From the NCBI GenBank assembly GCA_018920185.1, contig JAHLMT010000001.1:190717-254716 (forward strand): a stretch of 64,000 bases of DNA, read 5' to 3'. The stretch is from Candidatus Aenigmatarchaeota archaeon. GTDB taxonomy: Archaea > Aenigmatarchaeota > Aenigmatarchaeia > CG10238-14 > SCSR01. The notes beneath the pieces were generated by a model. The model saw only the letters and a list, made by a program, of their open reading frames with translations. It was not told the origin of the DNA and did no database searches. Made by a program: the position numbers and the translations under genes. Below are positions 1 to 10,300 of the stretch, piece by piece (the first letter of the stretch is position 1; every line of letters begins with the position of its first letter).

Positions 1-52
1 ATTTTTGTTTTAAGTCTCTTTCTAATTCTTTAGCAAAGCTTTGCAGGTTCAT
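1..52 (-). CDS. 5' end of a gene running off the window edge
   Basis: ATG at 52 reads MNLQSFAKELERDLKTK... with no stop before the edge; divergent from the ORF at 167. Confidence 0.5.
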   Translation of the reverse strand, partial: MNLQSFAKELERDLKQK

Positions 53-166
53 AATATTAATAACATAACTACTATTTAAATATTTCTATAGTTAAGTATA
101 TAGGCTATCAGTTAAATTTATAAACTCTTACACTATTAATTATGTTATAAACATAGGTGATGTAAG

Positions 167-418
167 ATGGTGGAACCTTTACCTAAATGGATAATGAAAG
201 CATATTCAAAACTCTGGACTAAGTTCAAAAATAAAGAATTTAACCATGACGAGGCTTCCAAAACACTTAACGATGATAAAATGGTAAGCATTATTTTGTC
301 TGAACTGAAACAGGCAGGTTGGTTAGAAATAAGACTCCACCCAGAAGATTCAAGAAAGAGGTTGTACAAGTTAATAAGTCCTGAAGAGGCTACAAAAGAA
401 ATATCTAAAGGTGAATAA
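167..418 (+). CDS. small winged-helix DNA-binding protein (possible R-M controller)
   Basis: 83 aa; ILSELKQAGWL...DSRKRLYKL wing pattern; GGTGA SD upstream. Confidence 0.65.
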   Translation: MVEPLPKWIMKAYSKLWTKFKNKEFNHDEASKTLNDDKMVSIILSELKQAGWLEIRLHPEDSRKRLYKLISPEEATKEISKGE

Positions 419-1025
419 AATGGAAAAGGCAACTCAAAGAACTGGAAAAGAAGGGGAATTGAAAGTTATTGGAGAACTTTTAAGGCGTGGTTTTGACGTC
501 TATACTCCATTAATTGATATTGGAGGTATCGACTGCATAATTAAGACAGATGTAGGATACAAAGAAATCCAAATAAAAACTAGAGAACAATTCACAACAA
601 AATTACTATTTGATGTAAGAGACTTTCAACCCAAAGATATTTTTTTTATAATATGTTATAATATCAATGAACCTGACACGTTTTGGGTTATTCCATCTAA
701 AGTTTTCAAAGAAAATGCATACTCTTTAAAGAAATACGGTAAATTACGTCTTGTTTTGGGTGATGAAGACTCAAAAATGAGACAAAAACCACACCAGTTT
801 AGAAATAACTTTTTCCAACTAAGAGAAGGTACAAAAGAATCTGCACAAGAACTTCGAAAGGTTGTAAAAGTATCTGGTTGGCAAAAATTAAAAGAGATGT
901 ATCCAAACGTTGATGCAGTAGAGCAAAAAATTAGGGAAGCGAAAGAGAAAGGATATAGCAAAGGTTATATTAAAGTGTTGGAGAATTTGAGACGCTATTG
1001 GAAAAAACGACAAAAAGGAGTTTAA
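411..1025 (+). CDS. PD-(D/E)xK nuclease-family protein
   Basis: GKEGELKV...GIDCII...EIQIKT motif pattern. Confidence 0.7.
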   Translation: MNKMEKATQRTGKEGELKVIGELLRRGFDVYTPLIDIGGIDCIIKTDVGYKEIQIKTREQFTTKLLFDVRDFQPKDIFFIICYNINEPDTFWVIPSKVFKENAYSLKKYGKLRLVLGDEDSKMRQKPHQFRNNFFQLREGTKESAQELRKVVKVSGWQKLKEMYPNVDAVEQKIREAKEKGYSKGYIKVLENLRRYWKKRQKGV

Positions 1026-1026
1026 A

Positions 1027-4000
1027 ATGGTAGGTGTAGATTTTGCAGATAACGTATTAGGAGCATTTAAAAATATAATCAGAGAAATAGAGAAAGGTTC
1101 GTCAGAGTTAGAAATTAGAAGAACGTTTGATGAATTATTCCTAAGAGGAGTTCTAGGTTACGAGAGAAAAGATATTAAATGGGAAAAGAAAAGAGCAGAT
1201 TTAACTATTATCGATGAGAACGATTTTGCCATTGTTAAAATTGAAACAAAAAAACCAGCTGAAGATATTGATAGAAAAGATCATGAAGAGCAGGCTTTCA
1301 AATATGAAGAAGAAACAACCCGATATATCGGATTAACAAATTTTCTCAGATTTAAACTATGGGAAATTCAAAGAGAAGGGAGCAAACTGAGAGTAAATTT
1401 AGATTTTTCAAAAATACTAGAACAAAAAAAATCTGTAGAAGACTTGTCAGGTGAAGAAAAATCACAAATTTTATTTTTGAATAATTTATCAAAGGAAACT
1501 ATCTTTGATACAAAAAAGTACCAAAAATTTAATGAAACATATGCTAGAATAGACATAACAAAAGAAAGTGGATTCAGAAAACTATTAGACCGATTAAATT
1601 TTATTGCTAACATATTACTTCTAGGATATACTCTTAGAGCATTCGGTGAATACAAAGAAGGCTATACAAGCTATAAAAAAGAGTTAGAAAAAGTCGAGAA
1701 GGAATCAAAAACCAATAATAGAGAATTGAATCATAACATAGCAAGATACAAACAAAAACTAGAAGAAAAATATAAAAAATATATACCGTTCTCTGGCTTC
1801 TATCTCTGGAAGCAATATTCTGGAAAAGAGGACGTACCAGATGATGATGTGAAAGAAATATTTTGTAAAGAGACTATCTATATTTTTCTAAATAAACTTT
1901 TGTTCTTAAGAATTTGTGAAGATAAAAGATTCTTGGAAAAGAGCATATCTAACGGTGGTATAGAACAATTAAGAGAATTTCTTAAAAAGAGATTTTCTGA
2001 GGACGTTATCAATAAAGAAATTCTAGAATTAGCTTTCAAAAGTGCAAGTGACTTGTATTCACATTTCTATGAAACTGGCATTTTGGATTGGTTTAGAACT
2101 GGAGATGGAGAATTAAATGAGATTTTAAATAGAGTGTTATGGATTTTAAATCAGTTTGATTTCACCCATGTAGATAGAGATATACTAGGAAATCTTTACG
2201 AAAAATACTTGCCAAGCAATGAAAGAAAGAGATTGGGAGAATTTTATACACCAGTTGAAGTTATTGATTATATATTAACATCAGTAGGTTATACGTACAG
2301 TCATGAAATAGAAAATAAAGATTTGTTAGACCCAGCTTGTGGTTCTGGTGGATTTTTGGTAAGAGCTACTAGAAGATTGATTAGTAGATTTCTGATAAAA
2401 TTCGAGAAAGCTGATAAAAAGGAGTTAAGAGATCCTAAAAATTGGAAAGAAATTGTCAACAGATTATCGCCTGATGAAGCAAAAATAATTCTTGAAGCGA
2501 TACAAGAGCATATCTATGGCTTTGATATAAACCCGTTTGCTTGTCATATAGCTGAAATGAACATGCTTTTCCAAGTTATTGATTTGTATCAGAAAGTTAG
2601 AGAAAAATACCCTGATTACAAACTAAAAAGGTTCAAAATTTATAGAACAGATTCTTTAGAAAAACCCGTACAAAAACAGCTCTTTGACTGGACACACAAG
2701 GCATTTTTAGAAGAGCAGGAAGAGATAGACGCGATCAAGAATAAAAAGTTTGATTTTGTCGTGGGGAATCCACCGTATGTAAGAGTGCAACTTTTAGATA
2801 AAAAGATAAGAGATTACATCACAGAAAATTATACGTCAGCTTATAGTAATTTCGACTTGTATATTGTTTTCATTGAAAGAGGTTTAGAATGGTTAAAACA
2901 AAATGGGAAGTTTGGATTCATAACTTCTAATCAATTTATGATTAGAGAACACGGAAAAATGCTTAGAAAATATATTCTAGAAAATTCTAAGATTCTTCAT
3001 ATAATAGATTTTGCTCGAACGAAGATATTTCAAGATGTCACAAACTATCCAACAATTATAATTTTTGAAAAAGCAAAAACAACATCAAACACATTTAAAT
3101 TTATCAGAGTAAAGAAAGAGAAAGAAAATTTAATCAATGATATATTTCTAAAATTTAGAAATAAAGAGTATTATAGCGAATTTTTCGACATTTTTGACGT
3201 AGATCAAAATTCTTTAAGTGAAAAGCCTTGGATATTCAGTCCAGAATCCGAAAGAAATCTGGAGAAAAAATTAGAGAAAATTGAGACGAAATTAGGTAAT
3301 ATTAGTATTATTCTTCTCGGTATCCAAACTGGAAAGGATTCTCTCTTTATTGGTAAAATTGTAAAAATGATAAATCCAAATTTAATTGAATTTAAATCTA
3401 AAGAATCTGGTGGGAGGATAGAAAAAGAATTACTCAAACCTTTACTTAGAGGTCGAGAAGTCAGAAAATGGGTCATAAATTGGCATAGTGAGTATGCTAT
3501 TTCTCCACATAAAGAAAAAGATTTTACACCGATACAAGAAAGTGAGTTAAAAAATAAATATCCAAACACTTATCAATTCTTTAAAACTAACGAAGATAAG
3601 ATAAGAAAAAGATTAATGTATGGAAAAACAGCAGAACAAAGAACTGGTATTTGGTATTCTCTAATGTATTTTGATTATGCAAAATATTATCAACAACCAA
3701 AAATATTAACTCCTGCTTTGACAGATAAAAATAATTTTGCTTTAGATGAAAGTGGTTACTTCTTTGTTCTCGGAACTGCTGGAGTTTATGGAATACTCCC
3801 AAAAGAAAATGTAAATATCAAGTATCTCTTAGGTATCTTAAATTCCAAGTTATCTGAATATTTCTTAAAGAAGATATGCCCAATAAAGCAAGGTGGCTAT
3901 TTTCAATACAGCACGAAATTTTTAGAAAAACTCCCCATCAAACTTCCAGAAACGCTAGAAGAGAAGAAAATTGCTGAACAAATTATTAAGAAAGTAGATG

Positions 4001-4455
4001 AAATTCTCGAGTTACATAAAAAAGGAATTGTCGATATAGATGCAATTTTAGAAGGTGAAGAAACAGAAAAGCTTTACAGTTTACCAAAAATTACATTCCA
4101 TATAAAAGACAATGCAAAATTTGAAAAAATTAAAGTAGATGATAATAAAATTTTCATAAATCCACAAGATTTTGTAGAAATCAAAGAAAAAAAAGTAAGA
4201 GATTTTGTAGAAGTTTATCTTAATTACAATAGAGAAAAACTTGCTAAATCTAAAGATGTAAAAAATCTAATTCTCAATATCCCCATTCCTAAATCTGAGG
4301 AAGTTTTAAAAGAAATTATTAAAAAAGGTGTATTTGATCAAGAACAGATTAAAGATAAAATCAAAAAACTTGAAGATGAGATTAACGAGCTAGTTTATCA
4401 AATATATGGAATTACAAAAGAAGAGAGAAAAATTATTGAGGAGAGTATAAAATGA
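1027..4455 (+). CDS. type IIG restriction-modification enzyme (N-terminal endonuclease + N6-adenine MTase + TRD)
   Basis: RADL...IETKK nuclease, GEFYTP, LDPACGSGGF (motif I), GNPPY (motif IV), TaqI-C-like YLLGILNS region. Confidence 0.9.
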   Translation: MVGVDFADNVLGAFKNIIREIEKGSSELEIRRTFDELFLRGVLGYERKDIKWEKKRADLTIIDENDFAIVKIETKKPAEDIDRKDHEEQAFKYEEETTRYIGLTNFLRFKLWEIQREGSKLRVNLDFSKILEQKKSVEDLSGEEKSQILFLNNLSKETIFDTKKYQKFNETYARIDITKESGFRKLLDRLNFIANILLLGYTLRAFGEYKEGYTSYKKELEKVEKESKTNNRELNHNIARYKQKLEEKYKKYIPFSGFYLWKQYSGKEDVPDDDVKEIFCKETIYIFLNKLLFLRICEDKRFLEKSISNGGIEQLREFLKKRFSEDVINKEILELAFKSASDLYSHFYETGILDWFRTGDGELNEILNRVLWILNQFDFTHVDRDILGNLYEKYLPSNERKRLGEFYTPVEVIDYILTSVGYTYSHEIENKDLLDPACGSGGFLVRATRRLISRFLIKFEKADKKELRDPKNWKEIVNRLSPDEAKIILEAIQEHIYGFDINPFACHIAEMNMLFQVIDLYQKVREKYPDYKLKRFKIYRTDSLEKPVQKQLFDWTHKAFLEEQEEIDAIKNKKFDFVVGNPPYVRVQLLDKKIRDYITENYTSAYSNFDLYIVFIERGLEWLKQNGKFGFITSNQFMIREHGKMLRKYILENSKILHIIDFARTKIFQDVTNYPTIIIFEKAKTTSNTFKFIRVKKEKENLINDIFLKFRNKEYYSEFFDIFDVDQNSLSEKPWIFSPESERNLEKKLEKIETKLGNISIILLGIQTGKDSLFIGKIVKMINPNLIEFKSKESGGRIEKELLKPLLRGREVRKWVINWHSEYAISPHKEKDFTPIQESELKNKYPNTYQFFKTNEDKIRKRLMYGKTAEQRTGIWYSLMYFDYAKYYQQPKILTPALTDKNNFALDESGYFFVLGTAGVYGILPKENVNIKYLLGILNSKLSEYFLKKICPIKQGGYFQYSTKFLEKLPIKLPETLEEKKIAEQIIKKVDEILELHKKGIVDIDAILEGEETEKLYSLPKITFHIKDNAKFEKIKVDDNKIFINPQDFVEIKEKKVRDFVEVYLNYNREKLAKSKDVKNLILNIPIPKSEEVLKEIIKKGVFDQEQIKDKIKKLEDEINELVYQIYGITKEERKIIEESIK

Positions 4456-4901
4456 AGAAAACTTTTTTATTAACAATAACAATGATCTTATTGATAATTC
4501 AGCTAGTTTATGCCGCAGACATACCTACATCAAACCAACAACAATATGGTGAATGTAACTATAACGAATATGAAATAAAGATTTCTAAACTAGAACAGAA
4601 TATTACAAAATTAACAAACCAATTAGAATATTACAAGAATCTTAGCGAATATTATAGAGAACTTTATGAAAGCAAAAATACAGGTTTAACAAATAAAGAA
4701 GTTATAGAAATTAACAAAAACTTAACTATTATTTATCAAAATATATCGAATTTGTTTAAAAAAATAGAAAATATAGAAAATAGGTTCAAGATATTTTCTT
4801 TAGAATTTGGTATATCGATAATAGGTTTAACAACAATGGGTGTGACAATAGTAGAAGTTATTTTAAATATCTTAATAAGAAAGAAAAATCATGAAAGTTA
4901 A
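4452..4901 (+). CDS. secreted/membrane coiled-coil protein
   Basis: N-terminal signal peptide, heptad region, C-terminal TM helix followed by basic residues. Confidence 0.6.
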   Translation: MKKTFLLTITMILLIIQLVYAADIPTSNQQQYGECNYNEYEIKISKLEQNITKLTNQLEYYKNLSEYYRELYESKNTGLTNKEVIEINKNLTIIYQNISNLFKKIENIENRFKIFSLEFGISIIGLTTMGVTIVEVILNILIRKKNHES

Positions 4902-5838
4902 AAAAGAAATTAAGAAAAATTTACGCCAATTGATTCTAGGTCTATTATTTGGGATTATTTTATTGTTACTCTTTCTAATTGCTAGCCAAATAATTCCTCG
5001 TATATTTGATATTGTTTATGGAGAAAAAATTGTAATTCAGATATTAAATAATATAACTAGCAATTTATCAAATACTGACAAAATAGCACTTTCCATTATG
5101 AATTGGGAGAAAGAATATTTTTATAACCCTTATTCTCTATGGAATCCAAATTCTACTCTACAAAAATATGGAATTTATAAAATAAATGGAAGCTATAGTT
5201 GGTTTGTCAGAAATGCTCCAGTCTCATGGATTATATTTTCAAAGTTAGCAAATTGTGAGGAATATGCAAAAGTCTTTGTTTATTTAATGAATAAGAAAGG
5301 TATAAAATCCAGATTAGTTCATGCTCTGGGAGAAGATCATGCCTGGGCTGAATATTATTCTGAAGGTTACAAAATTGTTGTCGACCCATCAGAGAACAAA
5401 ACAATTTCAGACAAGAAAAAATTTGCAGAAGGTAGAAATTGGTCTTATATAGAATCTATTGACATTTTTAACATTTCAAATATAAATGATGTATCAGATG
5501 AGTATATAGAAAGAGGTATTTTAAATATTCGTGTTATGAGTAGAGATAAATCAGTAGAAGGAGTTGATATAATTATAAAAAGCCCCTATCTTATGAAAGT
5601 ATATCCTGAAAGATATAAGAAACCTAAAATTGTTCTAATTAACAAAACAAATAAAGATGGTGAAGTATTTTTCAAATTAGGAGAAAAAGAATATATCGTA
5701 GAAGTTAGAAAAAGTTATTTTATTTTTGATATTATTTTTAGTAAAAATGCTAGTGTAATTTCAAATAAAGAGATTAATCTTAGTTTTGATTTGGATAAAG
5801 ATAAACCAGAATTAAGGTTTTTAAATTGGTTAGATTAA
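4891..5838 (+). CDS. membrane-anchored transglutaminase-like (papain-fold) protein
   Basis: N-terminal TM; triad motifs ANCEEYA, DHAWAE, VDPS. Confidence 0.75.
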   Translation: MKVKKEIKKNLRQLILGLLFGIILLLLFLIASQIIPRIFDIVYGEKIVIQILNNITSNLSNTDKIALSIMNWEKEYFYNPYSLWNPNSTLQKYGIYKINGSYSWFVRNAPVSWIIFSKLANCEEYAKVFVYLMNKKGIKSRLVHALGEDHAWAEYYSEGYKIVVDPSENKTISDKKKFAEGRNWSYIESIDIFNISNINDVSDEYIERGILNIRVMSRDKSVEGVDIIIKSPYLMKVYPERYKKPKIVLINKTNKDGEVFFKLGEKEYIVEVRKSYFIFDIIFSKNASVISNKEINLSFDLDKDKPELRFLNWLD

Positions 5839-5841
5839 GAT

Positions 5842-6207
5842 ATGTCTAACTTAGTCGATCGATTGTTGCAAGAAATTTATAAAAAGTGTTACAAGAGACA
5901 CAAAATAAATTGCAAAATAAGAAGTCAACTACTTTATGGAGCTTTAAAAGACAAGGGCTATGAACCAAGAATGTTGAGATACCTTAATTCTGAAGATCAG
6001 GAAAAGAGAGTTAAAATTAACTGATATCAGGAGAGAAGTCTGATTTTATGTCGTGATTTTATTAGGCGACAATGCGCTTGATCCAAATTTACCTCATTGG
6101 ACAAACCCAAATAAAGATGAGTTAAAAAGAATATGCGACCAGTGTGATTTATCCCACCTTTTTACTGATGCCTTAGAAGATCCTGAAAATTTTAAACCAC
6201 CTTCATA
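5842..6207 (+). pseudogene. degraded transglutaminase-like gene (tentative)
   Basis: NC...LLYGALKDKGYEPR in the 60-aa ORF; another frame continues YVVILLGDNALDPNLPHW...FKPPS after a stop. Confidence 0.4.
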
Positions 6208-6249
6208 AAATAGACCAAATGTTAAATTAAATCAACATTAAATATATTT

Positions 6250-7227
6250 ATGTCACTCTGGGATCGACAAATAAAACCAATGCTTGCATTTTTGGCCAAT
6301 CCTTTTAATGACACGAATTTTCTTTTTGAGATCAAATTTGACGGCACTCGAGGTATTGCTTATATAGATAAACTGAAAAAAGATGTAAAGTTACTAAATC
6401 GTCGAATGATTTATTTTGAATTTAGATATCCAGAATTACAAGATATGTGGAAAGATGCGGACGCAAATCGTGTAATCCTCGATGGAGAAGTTGTCGTATT
6501 CAAAAAAGGGAAACCTGATTTCAGACTATTAGCTGAACGAGAACACATGGATGATAAAATTAGAATAGAATTTTTATCTAAATTACATCCAGCGACTTAT
6601 GTAGTTTTTGATATCTTGCATAAAGACGGTAAAGATTTAGTTGATGTGCCTTTATCAGAACGTAAGAAAATTTTGGAAAAGACTGTTAAAGAAAGTGAAA
6701 GAGTTTTGTTGTCAACTTATGTTATTGGTGAAGGGAAGAAATTTTTCAATAAGGTGAAAAAGAAAAAGTTAGAAGGAGTGATGGCTAAAAGATTGCAATC
6801 TACTTATCAAATTGGTAAAAGGTCGAAAGATTGGCTAAAAATAAAATCTTTGCACACTATAGATGCTATAATCGTTGGATATACCTCTGGTGAAGGCTGG
6901 AGAGAAAAATATTTTGGTGCTCTGATTTGCGGAATTTATTACAAAGGAAAATTGCATTATCTTGGACGTGTAGGTACTGGTTTAGATGAAAAAGGATATG
7001 CTGAACTAACAGAACAACTGAAAAAATTAGAAACTGATAAAAATCCTTTTGAAAAATTTGATGAAGATCCAGAAATAATGCAAAAAATTCATTGGGTTAA
7101 ACCTAAGTTGGTTGCTGAAGTTAAGTTTATGAATTTGACTCCTGATTTTAAAATGCGTGCACCATCATTCATAAGATTGAGGGAAGATAAATTATTAGAA
7201 GAATGCCGATTAGAAGAAATTTTATAA
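6250..7227 (+). CDS. ATP-dependent DNA ligase, LigD-ligase-domain type
   Basis: EIKFDGTR adenylation motif, LDGEVV, FDIL, EGVMAKR, WLKIK, GRVGTG, RLREDK. Confidence 0.9.
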   Translation: MSLWDRQIKPMLAFLANPFNDTNFLFEIKFDGTRGIAYIDKLKKDVKLLNRRMIYFEFRYPELQDMWKDADANRVILDGEVVVFKKGKPDFRLLAEREHMDDKIRIEFLSKLHPATYVVFDILHKDGKDLVDVPLSERKKILEKTVKESERVLLSTYVIGEGKKFFNKVKKKKLEGVMAKRLQSTYQIGKRSKDWLKIKSLHTIDAIIVGYTSGEGWREKYFGALICGIYYKGKLHYLGRVGTGLDEKGYAELTEQLKKLETDKNPFEKFDEDPEIMQKIHWVKPKLVAEVKFMNLTPDFKMRAPSFIRLREDKLLEECRLEEIL

Positions 7228-7436
7228 GAATAATTGATAAGATGTGTTATTGCATGGTAAAAATAGACTTGAACCAAAATTTTTCCTGCATTAATTCTTT
7301 TAAAATGCCGTTTCGCGTTGAAAGACCTTTTGAAAAGTCTTCATGGCAAAAATCCAACAACAGAAGTTTAACAAAAGCCTTTTATATTTTAACAATTCAT
7401 TTAACAAAATAACTCTATACGAAAATAAGGATAAAC

Positions 7437-8537
7437 ATGCCCTACCAATATGTAGAAGCAAACTTTGTTCAACTTTTTGATGAGAAAGATTTTCGTCTAC
7501 AACGTGGACTAACTGAAGATAAAAGAGGATTTTTAGGAGGTTATTTTTTAGGTCATAGTTTTTCAAATTATGGTAATGTTGAACTAAATGGTATCACAAC
7601 TTTTGGCCCGTCTGTTAAAGCAGACCTCAATCCCTTTGGGACAATCAACATGAAAGAAGTTGACCCTAAATTACATTCAGTTTTTCTTAATATGAGACCA
7701 TTTCTATTAGCACAAAATGAAACTCAATATGTAGCCGGTCGCTTTATTGGCGACGGTAAAAAACTTTACCTAGAAGTTGGTAGCGAAGATTCACCAAAAG
7801 ATTTAGAGATACTTTTTACTCAAATGACAATTCAAAATAAAGCTGGAGAAGAATTAACTGACGTACCATTTGAAGACATAGGTAAAGCTATTGGAAAATT
7901 GGTTAATGTTTTATTTGAGCATTCAGTATTACTTAGACCGGGGGATAAAGTAGATTTATACGACCTTACCCCTGTGCACGAACAAATTATACCTAGCAGA
8001 AGTTACCTATTACAGTTTGGCACTTCTGTGAACTATCACCCTAGCTTAGAAAAAACTGTAAGAGCTTTACCTCAGATGAGAGGAAAGATACCGCGCTATT
8101 ATCTGTTTGTTGATCGTCATATAGTTCATCCGCTAATAAGATTAATTGGTTTAATTCCAGAAGGTGAGACAAAAACTCAGGCCGTTACAGCAGAAATTTA
8201 TGCAAGGAATGTACTAGAACTACCCGAAGACGTTATTGCTGGTTCACCAGAAATAACCCCATCAGAAATAACACTAGAGCTTAAGGCTGTAGGTGAATAT
8301 AGTATAAAACCGCAATCAGTCGAGGAACTGGAAAAAATAGCCAGAATTTCTGAGAAAGTAGGGCAAAAAGTACCTTTACAAGTATACTTAGGTGATATAG
8401 GAGATACACCAGAAGAATTGCTTAGAAAATACATTATGAGAGAGTTATTTCCGCATTTGATAAAAGAAATGGTTGGTTCCGACACGATTCCAGACGATTT
8501 TAAGTATAGAATAAATATAGACCTAAGGCAAGTTTAA
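7437..8537 (+). CDS. hypothetical protein
   Basis: 366-aa ORF, no motif recognised. Confidence 0.6.
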   Translation: MPYQYVEANFVQLFDEKDFRLQRGLTEDKRGFLGGYFLGHSFSNYGNVELNGITTFGPSVKADLNPFGTINMKEVDPKLHSVFLNMRPFLLAQNETQYVAGRFIGDGKKLYLEVGSEDSPKDLEILFTQMTIQNKAGEELTDVPFEDIGKAIGKLVNVLFEHSVLLRPGDKVDLYDLTPVHEQIIPSRSYLLQFGTSVNYHPSLEKTVRALPQMRGKIPRYYLFVDRHIVHPLIRLIGLIPEGETKTQAVTAEIYARNVLELPEDVIAGSPEITPSEITLELKAVGEYSIKPQSVEELEKIARISEKVGQKVPLQVYLGDIGDTPEELLRKYIMRELFPHLIKEMVGSDTIPDDFKYRINIDLRQV

Positions 8538-8697
8538 ACCCTACTCATAAATAAGATTGAAAGACTAATATATTAGTATGGTAACTATCAAACAAAGATT
8601 TCGTGGCGTAAAACAAAACTTGAAAAGATTTCGGGCACTTTGGGAGAAACAACATCTATATAAGTGGTGGAGACGACTTAAAGTAAAATAACTGTAG

Positions 8698-9045
8698 ATG
8701 TCTATGCGAACTTTGTATTGTCTAGCTTTGATTACATTGATTTTCTTAAGTGGTTGTACTACCCCACCAAAAATAGATGCTTCACTAGCAACTCAAGAAT
8801 GCATAAAATTATGCGAGAATGCTTTAAAAGAAGGCAGAGATTTATCTAATGGTCCTTGCTTATCTGATAACAATCCTAGCTGGACAGTAGAAAACTGGGT
8901 TTGTGATGTTGCACATTCTCCTCGCCAGCAGATAGATAACCAGAGAGAAAATCAATGTAATGAATGGTGGGAAAGTTACCAAAAAGGTTCTCCGTTAAAT
9001 TTTGTTGAGGTTACTCCAAGTTGTAAATTTATCAAAACTGGTTAA
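8698..9045 (+). CDS. Cys-rich lipoprotein
   Basis: lipobox LSGC; GPCL...WVCDVAHSPRQ...NQC. Confidence 0.7.
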   Translation: MSMRTLYCLALITLIFLSGCTTPPKIDASLATQECIKLCENALKEGRDLSNGPCLSDNNPSWTVENWVCDVAHSPRQQIDNQRENQCNEWWESYQKGSPLNFVEVTPSCKFIKTG

Positions 9046-9046
9046 A

Positions 9047-9106
9047 TTATGCTTCTGTGGCGGCTTCTTCCTTAGCTTTTCTTGCTCTTCTAGCCCTTCT
9101 TGCCAA
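9047..9106 (-). CDS. 19-aa basic micropeptide MARRARRARKAKEEAATEA
   Basis: TTG start 4 nt after AGGGGGGTGA SD (9111-9120); TATA-like TTTATAAA upstream. Confidence 0.5.
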   Translation of the reverse strand: MARRARRARKAKEEAATEA

Positions 9107-9171
9107 ATATTCACCCCCCTTAGAATTAACTAATCATTATAATACTCTTTTATAAATATAAACTCTGTGAT

Positions 9172-10080
9172 GTGATGTATAGAAAAATCTTCTTAACAGG
9201 TGGTACAGGCTTTGTAGGAACTGAGATTCTGAAAGAATTAGTCAAGAATAAATACAAGGTAAAAGTTTTAACTCATGAGAGAAAACCAGAAGTGTTATCA
9301 AATTTAGTAGAAATTGTTAACGGCGATGTAAAAGATACCGATTCTTTCATAGATTCTGTTAAAGGCTGCGATACGATAATCCATCTTGTCGGGATAATAA
9401 GGGAAACACCTTGGAGAGATATAACTTTTGAAAGATTGCATGTAGAAGCAACAAAAAACATGATTACAGCTGCTAAACAGAACAAGATAAAAAGGTTTAT
9501 TCACATGAGTGCCAACGGTGCTAAGCCAAAAGGAACTAAATATCAGACAACAAAATGGAGAGCTGAACAATTGGTGAAAAATTCAGGTTTAATCTATACA
9601 ATTTTCAGGCCTTCGATAATCTTTGGTGAACATGATAATTTCACTAATAGATTAGCGCGACAAATGCGGTTCGGTATTGTCCCGTATATAGGAGATGGTA
9701 ATTATCAACTACAACCTGTATCGGTGAAAACTGTAGCAGAAGCTTTTGTCAAGTCTATAAATAACAAGAAAGCATTTAACAAAATTTATCATCTTGGTGG
9801 ACCAGAGATATACAGATATAAAGAGTTATTGGATTTGATAGCCAGTAAAACAGGTAGGAAGATAGTTAAATTCTCTGTTCCTGTATGGATTGTAAGAATT
9901 TTTGCTTCTTTGTTCGGCTGGTTACCGCAATTTCCTATAACAAACGAACAGTTAACCATGTTATTGGAAGGTAATGTTTGTGATTATGATAAAGTAAAGA
10001 AAGATTTAAAACTATCTAACCCAAAATTAGATTCTCTAAAGATAAAATTCTATTGTATTCATCAGCGCGGCTGTAAATAG
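9172..10080 (+). CDS. NAD-dependent epimerase/dehydratase (NDUFA9-like SDR)
   Basis: TGGTGFVG, YQTTK, FRPSIIFG. Confidence 0.85.
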   Translation: MMYRKIFLTGGTGFVGTEILKELVKNKYKVKVLTHERKPEVLSNLVEIVNGDVKDTDSFIDSVKGCDTIIHLVGIIRETPWRDITFERLHVEATKNMITAAKQNKIKRFIHMSANGAKPKGTKYQTTKWRAEQLVKNSGLIYTIFRPSIIFGEHDNFTNRLARQMRFGIVPYIGDGNYQLQPVSVKTVAEAFVKSINNKKAFNKIYHLGGPEIYRYKELLDLIASKTGRKIVKFSVPVWIVRIFASLFGWLPQFPITNEQLTMLLEGNVCDYDKVKKDLKLSNPKLDSLKIKFYCIHQRGCK

Positions 10081-10300
10081 CCCAAACCATTGTTTTGCAG
10101 TTTTTCAAGTTTGCTGGTATCTTTTTACTACAAATTCTTAATCTAATTGAAGAGTATTATTTAGTCGCATAAATGGTTCTTAGTTTGTTTTTTTTTATTA
10201 TTGACACCAATAGTTTGGTAATTTTCTCTAATTAACGTTTTTTATTGATATGATATTCAAAAAATATTAAGTTAATACACAAAAAACTGGTGTTGAAACA

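Noticed and set aside
60-148. ATAACATAA / TTATGTTAT inverted repeat around the divergent promoters
   Set aside because: 9 bp of very AT-rich sequence; not distinguishable from chance
6022-6045. In-frame TGA codons suggesting recoding or an alternative genetic code
   Set aside because: TGA ends intact genes here (e.g. L40e, L44e, primase); the breaks also need frameshifts, so decay is simpler
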